Shown: in pieces, positions 1-13,462 of the stretch
Layout: the number at the start of each line of letters is the position of its first letter
Position numbering within the stretch: the first letter of the stretch is position 1
Source of the DNA: Laetmonice hystrix
Lineage: Eukaryota
Reading direction: 5' to 3'
Assembly (NCBI GenBank): GCA_965235115.1
Contig: OZ249436.1
Location: 31,498,001 to 31,562,000, forward strand
DNA length: 64,000 nt
The notes under the pieces: generated by a model
Told to the model about the DNA's origin: nothing
The model's database searches: none
What the model saw: only the letters and a program-made list of their open reading frames with translations
Made by a program: the position numbers and the translations under genes

Positions 1-2837
1 ACACATTCTGATTGCTCTTTCGATCAAATAACAAGTTTAAGAATTGTCACCAGTCGAAATCATCGCCGATGACGATGCGTTTCCATGCTTTAAGTTTGTT
101 TACAAACACCGACCGATCCGTGGCCACACACACACTGAGTCTGAGTGAAACGGGAATGGCAGGGTGGAAACAGACCACTAACTAATGCCAAACTTGGCCG
201 AAATTGATGTAAATCGAGATTTAATTGATATCCATGGCCCATAGACTCGATGATAGAGTAGGCTCCTAGGCCCCTATAGACGAGATCTAGGCTTTTCGTG
301 ACAACTAGATCTAGGCCTAACGTTATAGTTAGTATAGGTAAACGGTGGCGGATCCTGACTGTCACTCAGTCTCAGGTCTTCTGACCGTCACCCTCACAGC
401 TACACTGCCGTTACAGTCAGGCATGAGCTACAGTCAGGCTGCCATGGTGAGTTTGTCTTGACTTTGGGTCCGCCCCTCCTACAAACCTATAAAGATTAGG
501 CTAAACCCAACTTGTATTTTGCCCAGTTGTCGGAACAATCGGCAGCACAACGTACAGCACTGTCAGCAGGCTTGTGCCAAGTTGTGGGCGGTGGCTCCCA
601 GACCCAGTGGCAGAGCGCTCTCTAGTCTACTCTGGCCTTGACAAATATTTTTCGGATGCTGCTGAGTGCTGATTACTCCAAGGAAACTAAAAAAATTTGT
701 TGTCCTGGTGGTCACAGAACATAGCTACACACCGTCGGGACATTTTTCTAACTTAAAATTTATTTTTTAAAATGAATATCACTCTAGATCACAGGCTACA
801 TAACGGCTCGAGCAATGGCACACACAGGGGAATCCCGAAACGTCACAAAGATCGTTCTCGATTTGACGTCATTATCTGGTGCGGGTTTTCAATAGCATTT
901 CGTTTCTAGGGCCGTTGCTATGGGCCGTTCTAATTAACGGGTGGACATAATAAAACGCAATTAACGAATTTTATTCCTCTATCGTATTACATTCAGTACA
1001 TATCATGAGATGCCTTCTAAATGACAGTAGACGGTACATCTTTAAATGTCCTCGCTTTTCTGGATGTAAACATAGCGTCATCAGTCCCCACACCTGCTAC
1101 GGTCTGCATACGCAGGGGCATGTTGGCCACTCCCGGCCACGCTCCAAGTAGAAGTCGGTCACTCTGTTAACGGAACCAACGGAACGGAAGCGGAAGTGCT
1201 TGGAGATTAATCACTTCCGTTTCGCAGCTTTCTGTTAGCCATCACCTGGCCTAACATATAGCGGATGCGTATGGTAGGCACAGGGCACCAGGCTATGCTC
1301 GCTTGTCCGCCATGTTGTTTTTCTGTACTACTTCACGCATGTGCAAATGGAACCGGCCGGTGAACATACGGCTCTGGTTCTTTCATAGACTATAAGCCGA
1401 TATATTATGACCTCCTCACCGACGTCGCTTTCCAGTCTTTACAGAGGAGTTACAGCGACGGATAAAGGAAGTGACAATTAAAGAGCCCAACCCGACAGTT
1501 TGGCGTATACAATGCCGATCAAATACTTCCACTTTGTGTCTTTTCTACAATATGCAACATACCGCTTTCAGCTCTCTAATGCATTCCGGAAATCGTTTAA
1601 ATAGATTTTAAGAAAGAGTGACAGACATTAAACTGTCTGAGGATCCCTGTATGAATGGATATATGTCAAACACCGATCAGTAACAGACGCCTTCGTACAT
1701 GTCAGAGAATGCTGTAATAATCTCATGAAATAGACTTAGTAGCCTATACTTCAACATGCTGGGACAAATGCAAACAAAGCACGTGTCAAATAAAAGACTC
1801 GATTGATTTGATACACTAGGCACGTAACAGACCAATCTCATACAATCCACAATTGCTACATTTTGACGATATATCACTTGAGGCCAATGGCGAGGTGGGA
1901 CGGAAGGACGTTTTTAATACCTTCACGATATCCGCAGGGGTCTGTCAGGGAACGACCAGTCGGGCTGGTGACGCAGGGCGGAGGTGGGGGGGGGGGGGGG
2001 CTTAATTCCATTAAGATTCAGTGTCGGTCTCCCCCGACAGTTTTCGATTGTATGTTGCCTAGTGACAGAACCGCGCCTTTGGATTTCATTTAAACAGCCA
2101 TGCGCCCTCAGCGTCCTATACAGCGTCCTGGAGACGGAACCACTTATTGGGCTCAAATTATTGGCTGGCGCACTGAATGCGACATTCAGCCGACCCGTCG
2201 AGGAAGTATCCCTCTCATTGACTGCCGAACGAAACACCTGAATTGGGATTCGATCCGTATTTTGTCAGTCACTTCCGCATGTCGATGTACGGTATGACAA
2301 GGCCGCCAGCTGCCGTGGCTGCCGAAGGCTAGTTCTTGCATGGGCAACGGACGGACCTTTAACCTTAAAACAGGGTGACGTGGGGTGTCAAGTCATGATG
2401 ACAATGTTAAGGACCATACAGATACTGTCTGTGAGTTTCAAGAATAGAGCCCATTTCAAGTATCCGAGGACGGATCACAAGGACATATTGCAGACTGCAT
2501 TTTTTATCTTTCAACAGGAAATCGCACGGGCGTCATAGATCAAACTTCTAGGCCCTACATGCCGACCTGCACCCGCGGGCATTCCGGTTTCTTCCACCAG
2601 CAGTAAAATTGCCGACTCGATGTGTCCTCTGTTTTTGCTAGGGCGACCCACCCTCTCCCCCCTCCTCCGAGCCCAATATACCATAGTTCTGAATGCGTGA
2701 CGCAGAGGCATATTGGCACTTGTCTGATTGAACCACTTTTTTGCGTTTAATTTGAAAGCCGTCTTTCTGTCTGCCATGATGCAGACAGTTGCGGCGCGAC
2801 CAAACCTTTAGCTTTGCCGGCATGTCACGACATGTCG

Positions 2838-3937
2838 CAGGGCTCGATCTTCCCATTTTTTGCCACTAGCCAGCCGGGCTGGTGGCTGGCAAAAGTCACT
2901 AGCCCGTGACAGATTTCACTAGCCCGAACAGAAAAATTATAGCTAAATGATCATGATGCTATATCTATGTCATGACATTGCCAATCATGGCAATGTCACA
3001 ATAGATCATTTTATTGTCCAGAACCACAATTAACTGTCCCTGGTTGATTCCTCCTCAAATCAATCTAATTAAAATTAGATCTTAGTTATTTCGCATGCGC
3101 TACATACTAGGATCTAACGGCATCCCGTATGGGGTCACCTCAGGCTGACCTTTGACCCAGATTCAAGTGTGCCGTTGAAAATGCCTACGAGCGCACACCG
3201 AAGATTTCGTAGGCGGCTCGCTGATTGGCTGAATCCCGAGGTCAACCTGAGGTGACCCCTAATGGGATGTCCTTAGATCTAGGTATGGAGCGCAGCCAGC
3301 ACCGACACAGCCGAGAGAGACGCGGAATACCAAGATCTAATTTTAATTAGATTGTCCTCAAATCTGCCCAAGGTCAATGGCGTCAAAAAACCGGAAGGTA
3401 ATAAGTTAGGCTAGTCTATCATTCGTTTACCTCCCCCGGGTATTAAGCACAGTAACATGTAACTGTTGTACGTAAAGTTAATTTGCATACGTGGGTGAAA
3501 GCAAGCGTTGGCACAGCCTAAAAGCAAAGACAAAACTCTGCTAAAATCAATTTGCATACGTGAGCTTCCGCTAATCCAGCATCAGTTACCCTCCCCCGGC
3601 TGCCACAGAGTAACAGATACTCTGTGGTAGATAACAGGTTAATTTGCATACGGGAGTGAAAACAATTGCTGGCAAAGCCAATGCAAATGATGCAGGTCAC
3701 CACAACCCACCAACCCTTTACAGCATCAATGAACTCTCTGCCATGGCGGTGCGACGGGCGACTCCACCTAAAGTAGGGGTGTCAGGTTGCGAGCTGCCTG
3801 CCATGGGGGGACATTCACGGGGGGAAAGGCTGCCAACTTCTACTCGCCAGCCGGGCGACTAGACTGGGATTTTTCAGTCGCCCGAGCCGACTTTTCACTC
3901 GCCACGGATCCCGGGCGAGTGCGAAGATCGAGCCCTG
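2838..3937. mobile_element. Non-autonomous hAT-like DNA element (hAT5-type, 5-bp TSD)
   Basis: TIRs CAGGGCTCGATCTT (2838) / AAGATCGAGCCCTG (ends 3937); perfect flanking duplication TGTCG at 2833-2837 and 3938-3942; repeated subterminal motifs (CACTAGCCCG on the left, CACTCGCC/GTCGCCCG on the right); no transposase ORF. Confidence 0.85.
3061..3354. mobile_element. Nested palindromic MITE with 9-bp TSD (Mutator/MULE-like)
   Basis: TIR CAATCTAATTAAAATTAGATCTT / AAGATCTAATTTTAATTAGATTG, internal inverted repeat GGGGTCACCTCAGG..CCTGAGGTGACCCC; TSD TCCTCAAAT at 3052-3060 and 3355-3363. Confidence 0.85.
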
Positions 3938-5407
3938 TGTCGTCAAACGATCGAGGCTTTAACGACGCGGTCGGTCGCCATTGAAAGCACTTTGTTCTAA
4001 AACCACAGTAACATTTCAAAATTTCCGACGTTATGGTAATATCACGAAGAAACGGGAATTTGGGAGCAAGAACAAATTCTAAGGTTGTATTATGTTTATC
4101 GCTTAGACCTGTGGAAAATAGAATATGAACCAGCCTTCACTTTCTATGACGATTACGGCATATACAGCAGTTTAGTGCAGTTTGTTCAATCTTGACTATA
4201 GAATAAGATATAGGAAAACAAGAGTGATTTGATATTTCACTGGCTGCATCCTCCTAAGTTTGCATTATGTGAGTACGATGTTACGGCGGGGAGAGTCTAA
4301 AAGAGCCACACAAAAATCAATCGCTGAAACGGCCCGGGTGGAGACCTTGCTGCTTAATTGTCCGTATACTTGGGGTCTTCTTCTTCCTTTCTTTCTTCTT
4401 TCTTCTTTCTTCCTCTGTGAGAATCACTTGCTGCCAAGCCCACTCAGTTTCACCAGCCCTGCACTGCTCTGATCAAGTGACGCTTTGTCTTGTCATAATT
4501 ATACTCCACTGATCTAACCCTCAAACTCAAAAAGGTCCTATCATTTTACAACTCGATGCAAAGAATGTTCTTAATAGGTTATGAGGTTTTAATTGAAATT
4601 CTGTCTACTGGCCTTCTAGTTACCTTCTAGTTACCTGTCACTCTGTGATTAGCCAATCAGAATTGAAGCATAAGTCAAGATTCTTGAGTTTTAAAATCCA
4701 GGATCAGTGCTTGTAGGCCCCTATATTATCTTCATTATTCCTTAAATTGGAAAACATTTTTAGAAATATTATTATGTACATATTATAGGGCAGATCTTAT
4801 ATACGAAAGGGTAAATCCCTTTGTATATGCCTACTTCATATCGAGAAGGCACTACAGGCATACATACTGATGGAGGCTTCGGGGAGACCATAAGCCGAGA
4901 CAATTTTTCTTCCAAATAATTCCCCATCCCCTCATTTTTGTCTCCTTCCTAGCAGAAAACGTCACATTCAGTTGACACAAGAGAATGAAGTTAATTATGC
5001 TATTTCCAGTTTGGCTTCAGGTTCTTTTTTAATTGGATATCCTATGTCGCAAGGAAACTAGGAGGGAGATGGAACAGTTTATAGCGGACTATCTGTCATG
5101 CAGTGTCAGTGTCGGTGTCCAAAAATTAATTTCACTAATCAGTGGGTATTGATTATCAACTATTTTACCGTTTGTTCTTCCAAATGCAAATGTATTATGA
5201 TACTTTGTAAATTAGAGTAGGCCTGTCTATGACACATTATTGGACGGTTTGGATAATTATTTGTTAAACGCTAAATAGTTGTGTGCCGTGCACGAAAGTA
5301 ACGAGGCAGGGGTGGTTTCCTAGAGCCATGTTGTTATATGGACAGCGGTAGGCCTATTTCTAAAAAAAACACATTATAGTATAGTTCTTCAGTCAATTTG
5401 ACTGTAA

Positions 5408-7270
5408 AGGCCCTTATCCACAGACCGTTTCGCACGGCCGATTTTCCCTCGTACGACGATCGTGTGAAAAACTGGGAAAATCGTGCGTCGTGCGTGTTCA
5501 TGGATGACTGTCGGCCCGACGCTCAGAATTTCAGCCGACGCTGTACCGTCGTGCGAGTGTCGCACGATGGTATTAAAACTTTTAAATATTCCCGCCGGCG
5601 ATTGAGCCATCGCACGACTAGTGCTTAGTTCCACCACATGGGGACAGTGTGTAGTCCGGCAGATATATGTGAAATATTTGGGGAAATTGTGCCTTTAATG
5701 ATAGAAGCATGAAATTTGGCACACAGTTAGGGGATGTCATAAGAAAGATATTTGGCTATAGGGACATCGCAGATTTGGCCCGTGACAAAAATGGCGGCCA
5801 TTTTCCAAAATGGCCATCCAACATTTTTTGCGAACACTGTGTCGCTGATAGTTTTCATGTTTTCCTCAATATTTCTGTGGTATAACGTTTGGAGACCAAC
5901 ATACTAGAAGTTTACCGAAATCGGGTCAGCAAAAAGGGTCAAGATGGCACAAAATCAAAGATGGCCGCCATTTAACTGGAACAGGCCGTATTTCAGGTCC
6001 CAGTGGACAGATTTTGATGAAATTTGAGGCCATTCCAACGTTTAGCCGGATGCTGAATTCATTTCTTACATTTTCGAAATTCAAGATGGCTGCCAAATCC
6101 AAGATGGCCACCATTTAACTAGAAATAGCTGCATTTCCGCTCCGAGTGACCCGATTTTGATGAAATTTGAGTTGATTCCTAGGTTCATACAGAGGGTGAA
6201 TCCATTTCTGACATTTTCAAAATTCAAGATGGCCACCAAATCTAAGATGGCCGCCATCTAAACCGGAAATGGCAATATTTCAGCTGCCGGTGAGGCTAAA
6301 TTAATAAAATTTGAGCTGAATTCCGAGCTTATTAACGATGCTGAATCAATTCCTCACATTTTTCAAACTTAATATGACCACCCAGGCCAAGATGAATGCC
6401 ATTTTAGAAGTAATCATTCGCCGGACCTTTTCATGCATGGAAGTGTGGCCGGTGCTGCCGGTGTCATATGGAAAATGGTAACCCTCTGTACCTGGGGTCA
6501 AATTTCTATTATAGAATCTGGACCCCCTGGTCTATATTCTATAATAGAAAATGGCCGCCCATCTTATGGAAATTGTACCCCCCACCATCCGTTTTGCTAC
6601 TAGCTGTTTTACATGAACTATAAAACAATATTTATTGCATGTAATAGGACTTTTGCGAGATCATCATTGAGAAAACAGTTACCCAGTGAAGTAAATTTCT
6701 TGCTAACAATTATATAGTCGGTGTAATTTTTTTCCTGACAACTTGATCAGCCGGACCTAAATTCTACTTAAAGGTAATGTCCTGGGATGGGTCAAGTCAT
6801 AAATCGTCAAGTTACAATAATAACTTAATAATTATCCAGAATTGCTTGAAAGAAAACATGAGGTTATATATAACCGACGGCTTACCAATTCCTTAGCCTA
6901 ACTCTTATGAAACACGTGAACATCGTCATCACTCATAAAGGTCCTATACATGATGTATTTATTATGATTCGATATTCCTTATAAGTATATTGTATAAGCT
7001 CTATTTCATGTTTTTAGGTTGTACATGCAGTATTTTGGATGTATGCAGAATTTTGAATAGGATGTAGTTCACATAAATTGGGCGGGAATTACAAAATATG
7101 ATTTTACCTACTCACGATACTTGCAGTCGCTGTGGATAGTACCATCGTGCGAACCATCGGCTGGTTCACACGACGGGTTTTCGCCCGATGCTTGCCATGA
7201 CACCCACACGATGATCATCGTGCAATGCACCATCGGCCGGCCGTGTCAAAGTTTCTGTGGATAAGGGCAC
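5408..7270. mobile_element. Degenerate Harbinger-like non-autonomous element interrupted by other repeats
   Basis: Inverted ends GCCCTTATCCACAGA..CACGGCCG (5410) and CGGCCGTG..TCTGTGGATAAGGGC (7268); CG-rich arms at 5410-5625 and 7120-7270 share TCGCACGATGGTA/TACCATCGTGCGA; TSD not clean. Confidence 0.55.
5900..6405. repeat. Diverged tandem repeat, period about 142 bp, with paired AAGATGGC motifs (TE-internal array)
   Basis: AAGATGGC pairs at about 5941/5959, 6083/6101 and 6226/6244; recurring GATTTTGATGAAATTTGAG. Confidence 0.7.
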
Positions 7271-7523
7271 AGCCGCTCCGTCACAGGGACATGTATCCTG
7301 TTCCGAGGTGGCCACAGGTCGACCAAAAGGTCATGATGCATGCACGAAGGCGATCGTCCTCGAATTCCAGTCCAGCAGTGCTTTTCTTTTATTTTACTGT
7401 CATTTTGAGATAAAAGGGTGGAACCCATTTCCAGAAACGGGTAAGGCCAGCCATGAAAAATTACAGAGTGAAGTTCCACCATTAAATCAAAAATCGTATG
7501 GCCGTCGCAAGGACAATCGCCTT

Positions 7524-7657
7524 GGCCCAGATACACATGTGCAGACCATACACAGACCGATTTTGAGATACGGCCGATTTTTCTCCATAGGACATAATTA
7601 TGGCGATAAATCGGCCGTGTCTAAAAATCGGCCGTAAATCGGTCTGTGTATCGGGCC
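7524..7657. mobile_element. Short palindromic Harbinger/Tourist-like MITE
   Basis: GGCCCAGATACAC...GTGTATCGGGCC inverted ends with ACAGACCGATTT/AAATCGGTCTGT arms; same family as 11664-11764. Confidence 0.7.
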
Positions 7658-10600
7658 TTTAGTGGATAAAGGTCGCCACAGGTGGACTTTACGACGTGCC
7701 AAGAGAGTCAGCGATTGGCTTTTCAGGATCACGTCAGAGAGTCTGAGACACGATCTAACCTGTTCCCAACGACCGCACACGTTCCCGGTTTTACGACCTG
7801 AGCGTATTCTGCCCGATGCCGACGGTTTCGTCGCGGCGCAAGCACTCGTAGGTGCGCCTGTTGCCACCTCGTGCTATAGGCTGTGTTATAGGCCTACACA
7901 AAAACCGTTTTGTTCATGCAAGGTTAATATCAGCGGCGCCTTCACAGTAAGTTGATCTATGAGAGTAGAATGTCGTCTAAAGAATGTATTGTTAAAAACA
8001 TGCTGACAAATGAACCTGGGCGGAATGAGAAGTCTTTCTTTGAGTCAGATACGTTCGGCTTGGAAAGGCCCACCTCCTCTGAGTATTGCATTGAAATGAA
8101 CTTATTTACACGATATTGCTGTGGTGCATCGCAATTTCTAGTCGATAGATGGAATTCACCGCATCATGGACTGGGGAATTACACAGGGACCAGAACATAG
8201 GTTATGGAAGGGATGTCCTTCAATGTATTATATGAGAGAAACAAATGCCCATAGACATCCTTTGTACATGCGCCCTGTCAGGCAAACCGACGGCTCATGA
8301 AAGTCGCAGCAAATTACTCCTCGCGCCTCCATGCCGAGAAGAACATTAAACGATGGCGGAAGGCGTTTTGTTTATGTATGCCCGACTTCAGGTTTGCCGA
8401 GCCAGGCGTAGATGCAAAATTGCGTTCAAACAATAATATTTGTATGACAGCCCTACGGCAGTGCAAATACTGCCAATCATAACACTGGCGGCATTGCGCA
8501 GGGATCAAACGGAAAATATATTAGTCGGCTGGAGCCAACCTAATCGATCCTTCTGCGTCTTTCTATCTAACAGCAGGTATGCTGCTGTATACCTGCCACT
8601 CAGTTACAGCAAAAAAGAGTAGGAATTGGGGACACCTGTGACTGGCCCTTTCTGGGAGCTGGATATATAGAGACTGTCGTGCGATGGCAATGGTGATGCT
8701 TGGAAACCGTGGATTGCTACGATCTTCACATCAAAGGGCGCGGAGAATTATATTATATATTGGGAGCGTTAATACGTAGGCGTAGATCTCGTCATGCTGT
8801 AGAGAATAGCGAATCGCCAAGCCAGGGGAGTAACCAGAAATATTCTTCATCGTTATGGAGCTAATAATAATGATATCAGGATAATCTGAAATATTGGAAT
8901 ATAGTGCCAGGACTTACTTATACCGCAAAGTATGAATTAAGGAAAGCATGCGGGCTCTACAACTGATGAAGTATCACATACCCGGATGTTTGGTTAAGTG
9001 GTTGCATCACGGTCACAAGGCATACATGCAGGGTGAGCATGAGTCCATGTATAAGTTTTTAGCACTTCTTTCCTGTGCTAATCAGTAGAGGGCCGCGGTG
9101 AACCCGGGTCAAGTAGACGAGTTAGCCATACCTGTGTCCATCCCTCTAGAAATATTCCGATCATCGTGCAACCATTTTCTTGCATGCAATCTCTTTTACA
9201 TGGTACATTGTTTTAAATACCCTTGAGCTGTGAGTACCGTGCCTTCGGGAAAGTTGCGCTTATTGTGATAAGAATGAAGTACACAATGTCTAAAAGGCTT
9301 ACAGTCGACTGACCTTTTCCGTGCTGACAAAAAACATTACCTACCTTATCACCAAGCTTCCTGACTAACGTCATATTGTAAATTTGGCCTCTTTACCAAG
9401 AAGATACCCTTACCACGCATGCAAACACTCTCCTGAGACTTACTGAAGAGGGCGTGATCATATTTATGCGATATAATCGTGAGACGATATTATAATACTG
9501 AAATGTTCAACCATGAGAAAACAATTCCATGCTATCTGGCTTTCGCTCGATCTTTGTTCATCAAAATTGCATCAGTTACTAGAAATTATCCACTGTGACG
9601 TTTGATACAGCTAAGCTCAATACTCCTTTGTTATAAAATTGTCTATTTTTACATTGTCGTACACCTTACCGCACCATCACAATCATCGTTAACATTGTCG
9701 GTCTTCTTTTTTTCCAGATGATCGTGAAATGGAATGAATAATACAATTGTACGTGTGTAATGGTCGGATTGTTATTTGCGCTGATGAATGCATCAAATTC
9801 AGCAACAGGAAATATTCATGTTGCTCAACGCCTCCGTGCAAATTACCCTAGAGCTCAAGAGCTGATTTCCACAACTCTTCAGTTGTGAATGCAATTAAAT
9901 TTCTTTTATTGCCACAATTGTGGCGTCAGGCCTTTCACACTTTACAATAGCGGCGGATATAATCTGTTTATAGCTGCATGCATGCACATTTACTGTAAAC
10001 CGTAATTTTTAAAAATAAAATCACACAGGGGCCGTCAACATGCCTGTTTTTAACGATTTTAAAAAGATAATTATTTATTTCACCTGTCCCACTTTTCCAT
10101 CTTAAAATGGGGGAGGGAACTCGCGTGCGTAGAATATTATTGAAATTTCTGTCTCAATATAGAAACACGTCAACATTTCACGCATGTCATGAATTGTACG
10201 ATTTACACTAGTCGATACGCTTCTATAGGATGATCCCTGGTCGCTAAAACTGCTTATCCAAGTACATGTGACAGATCTTGAGAGAATGTATAGGTTTGGC
10301 AATCCATTGGCCTTCTTCGAGGTAAGTCCAGAACCATTGGCATCACACAAAAGGTAATAACGCCTAAGGCTGCATGGTTAGAATCATGCAGACGCCCCTA
10401 CATTCAGAGAAATATTTTAACCCTCAGAGTTCTATCTGTGGATATTGACAGCTACCAAGGGATACGCCCATTAAAAAAACACTCAAAGGTGGGCCGTAAT
10501 ATTTCAGACCATTTTGTTGAGACCTGCTATCTGACAGATGCCCATTACGGTAAGTAGGCCATTAAAGTCTGCAGTTTGTGGCCGGCCTCGTTAAAAGGCT

Positions 10601-11663
10601 GTGGGATTTTGCGGACGATCGCCCCATCAAGCACGAGCTTGGATATCACCCTATACCTATACCTGGTGGGGAAGAGCATGAGATTTTCGCCTATATTCAA
10701 AGATTGAATATTCTGCCGCCATCGGAATGGTCTTAGCTTTCTCCCTAGACCAAATGAAAACTGACGTATCAGAGTATCAGCCATCCTATATGCCGACAAG
10801 TATAACGCATATAATTATAAGCTCGGCGATTTCTTTTTTATAAATATTTTCTTTTTAACAAAAAGTCGAGCCATTGGAAGTGGCACTGTATTCAGACGTA
10901 GGCCAATCTAGTTTGTAATTGCTTAATCATTTTTTTTTTAAATTTACGCATGACCCTGAAGGCTGCAGAAACTTGAGGGTGTTCATTTTCAGTTCTTTGG
11001 AAGAAAACCATGTAAAACAGCAGGGGCTTGTCGCATATACATGTATGCGTCTCAGGAGGCTTCATCGTTTCTAAGCTGCTAGCATGACGAGAAAGAGTAA
11101 CTTTAACAATCGCAATGTAAGATAATGTCATCAAATAACACTTTCTATTTCAGACCAGGATGCAGCAAAGAAAAGATTATGTTTCCCCAAAACGTGTGTA
11201 TTCTGATTTTTTACATCCCCTTAAATAGACCTATCGAATCTGATGAGAATCGGGCATTTATGACACTGACCGTTAGCCGTCCGGGCTCTTATACCCGACC
11301 CTTCACTTCACTTCACTCTCTTGACAACCTTGGCCTGCTAAAAAAACACATTCAAGTGACCACATGACATGATAGTGGGCCCAGTGACGCGGAAAGATAA
11401 CCCTAGACCGGAGGGTCTGATGCCTGGATGAATGAAGTCAAAATCAACAGCTTCCCTTGTGAGCGCAGTTACACTTCTGCCATGGAGAAACGATCGGCAC
11501 TGCAAGATGGAGTTTTCATAGCTACATTATGTTCGTTTCCGCAGTAACACTGGCCAAGCAACGTTAAAGGTGGTTCGTTTCCATAGTGGACGATGGAGAA
11601 ATATTTCGCTGCAGTACAAATAACAAAGGGAAACGAGCCAACGGATTTCCAGGTTTCAGTAGC

Positions 11664-11764
11664 AGGCGCAGATATACAGACCGATTTACAGCCGATTTTG
11701 AGATATACGGCCGATTTTTCTTCATAGGAAAATCGGCCGTAAATCGGTCTGTGTATCTGGGCCT
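11664..11764. mobile_element. Short palindromic Harbinger/Tourist-like MITE (second copy)
   Basis: AGGCGCAGATATACAGACCGATTTAC...GTAAATCGGTCTGTGTATCTGGGCCT, near-perfect hairpin related to 7524-7657. Confidence 0.7.
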
Positions 11765-13365
11765 AACCGTTGTGTTCGGGCGGTAAGCTTTGTGGCTATC
11801 CATGCAGCTCATGGTCAGGATAGCCGTTCATAGTGAGTGAGGATCTCACGCCAGCTCGCTAGACGAATGTGGTCCTTTTAAAGCCATTGGTGGATGGGAA
11901 GTTTGCATTTCAACGCATCAACCATGATCTTTCTTCGAGGTTATAGGTTTATCCCAGCGAGGTGGTTTTCTATAGCTTTAAAACTGTCGTGTGATCAAAT
12001 TGAAGGTCGTGGATGGGCGACAAGGATCGGAAGTTATTCTGACGGCAGGCTGTGAAAATAGCTTTGGTCGTATAATAATACAAATACAAAACATCTGTAA
12101 TGATAGCGAACAGGTCATCAAATCCTTGTGGTACAATAGAACACGCATTAAAAAGCCGTTGCACGCCAACTGCGTCCCTCAGGCGTCAATAAAATAGTAT
12201 ATTCTATATACAAAGGGATTTGTTTATCTTTGTGTCAATATATATGACAGGGTCAGGGAAGAACACTAGTACGCTAAGAGGGAAGGTCGTTTTTTCTCTA
12301 AGCTGAGCATCGCCTTTGTGCTACATCTATTTTCCGTCGATTGAATTACCTTTTTAAAAAATCACTTCTGCACGCAACAACATTCCGTTCAGAATGTTAT
12401 GTGTCAGAACTTGCCTCGCCTCATGAACACAATACAAAAGAGACAGATACAGGTAAGTCTTTACAAGACGCATGCAAATGCCTTCATAATTCTAAATAAT
12501 GTAGGAACAGTTGAAGCGGAGAAATCCCCACCCATATAGTATAAATTTGCGCCATTATAAGCTATCTTTACCGCTACACGACTCCGTCGTGGAAATATTC
12601 TCACTGTTACCCAAGATATTATGTCCGAACGGCTAGTTAATATGTCCGATAGGAGATATGTAAAAATGTGTCCGGAGAAATTGATATGTCCGCCAGTTGA
12701 AACTATATATGATGAAACCCGTAACCCTAATATATGTCTTAACATTTTAATTTTAGTCCCCATATAGGCCTACTTCAGGCTGCATCATACGGCCATTTCG
12801 TCTGCTGCCGTGCTCTGTACCGTTCACTGCTCTGACACCCGACCACTGGAGAAAGTATGTGTTGTACGAATAATCAATGTGTAAGGCTGGCCGTATTCGA
12901 TGTTAGGCCAGCTGCCCCTGTGTGCAATCCACATTAATTGTTCTCATCAAGTATAACTGGCTTCTAAGTAAAAGATCCATAATAAGATCGATCTGGACGG
13001 CAAGTTCCGACAATAACAAAAAGAAAGAGTGTCGCAACAAACGTCGTAGAGGGTCGGACGGCGATATCTGATTAATGTCTGATCAGCCTGACCGCTAACA
13101 ACATTACTATAGACTGTAGATTCCTTCTCCGGCAACATGGCACTCGGGCATACACAAGACGGGGAATACGAAACTAATCGATGGTCACGAAACGATCCCG
13201 ACGCCCCATCAAAATGATCACACAATCATTATATACGGGTAGATGTCTATAGCAGTGTTACTGCCCCCCCCCCCCACACACACACACGTTTCATCTCGAA
13301 AGATGTGTGTATAGGGGGGAGGGTCCATTGTCCTGCTCGACCACCAAAGCTTCCTTTTTAGGGAA

Positions 13366-13462
13366 GTAGCGGTGGCCGAGTGGGCACGGGCGTTGATACC
13401 TTATGCTATGCGAATGGGTGCAGTAATCTTGGGGCCGGAGTTCCATTCCAATAGAGGGCTAT
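13366..13462 (+). mobile_element. tRNA(Ser/Leu)-derived SINE head or tRNA pseudogene
   Basis: 5' GTAGCGGTGGCCGAGTGG (A box, resembles tRNA-Ser/Leu 5' ends), degenerate B box GTTCCATTCC at 13440, 3' GCTAT able to pair with 5' GTAGC; no intact cloverleaf. Confidence 0.5.

Noticed and set aside
441..453. GCCATG|GTGAGT first-exon signature on the plus strand
   Set aside because: No downstream coding exons could be identified
7950..12200. Short ORFs and exon-like fragments
   Set aside because: No recognisable motifs or consistent splice chain
13366..13462. Functional tRNA gene
   Set aside because: Anticodon and T arms do not fold and the B box is degenerate
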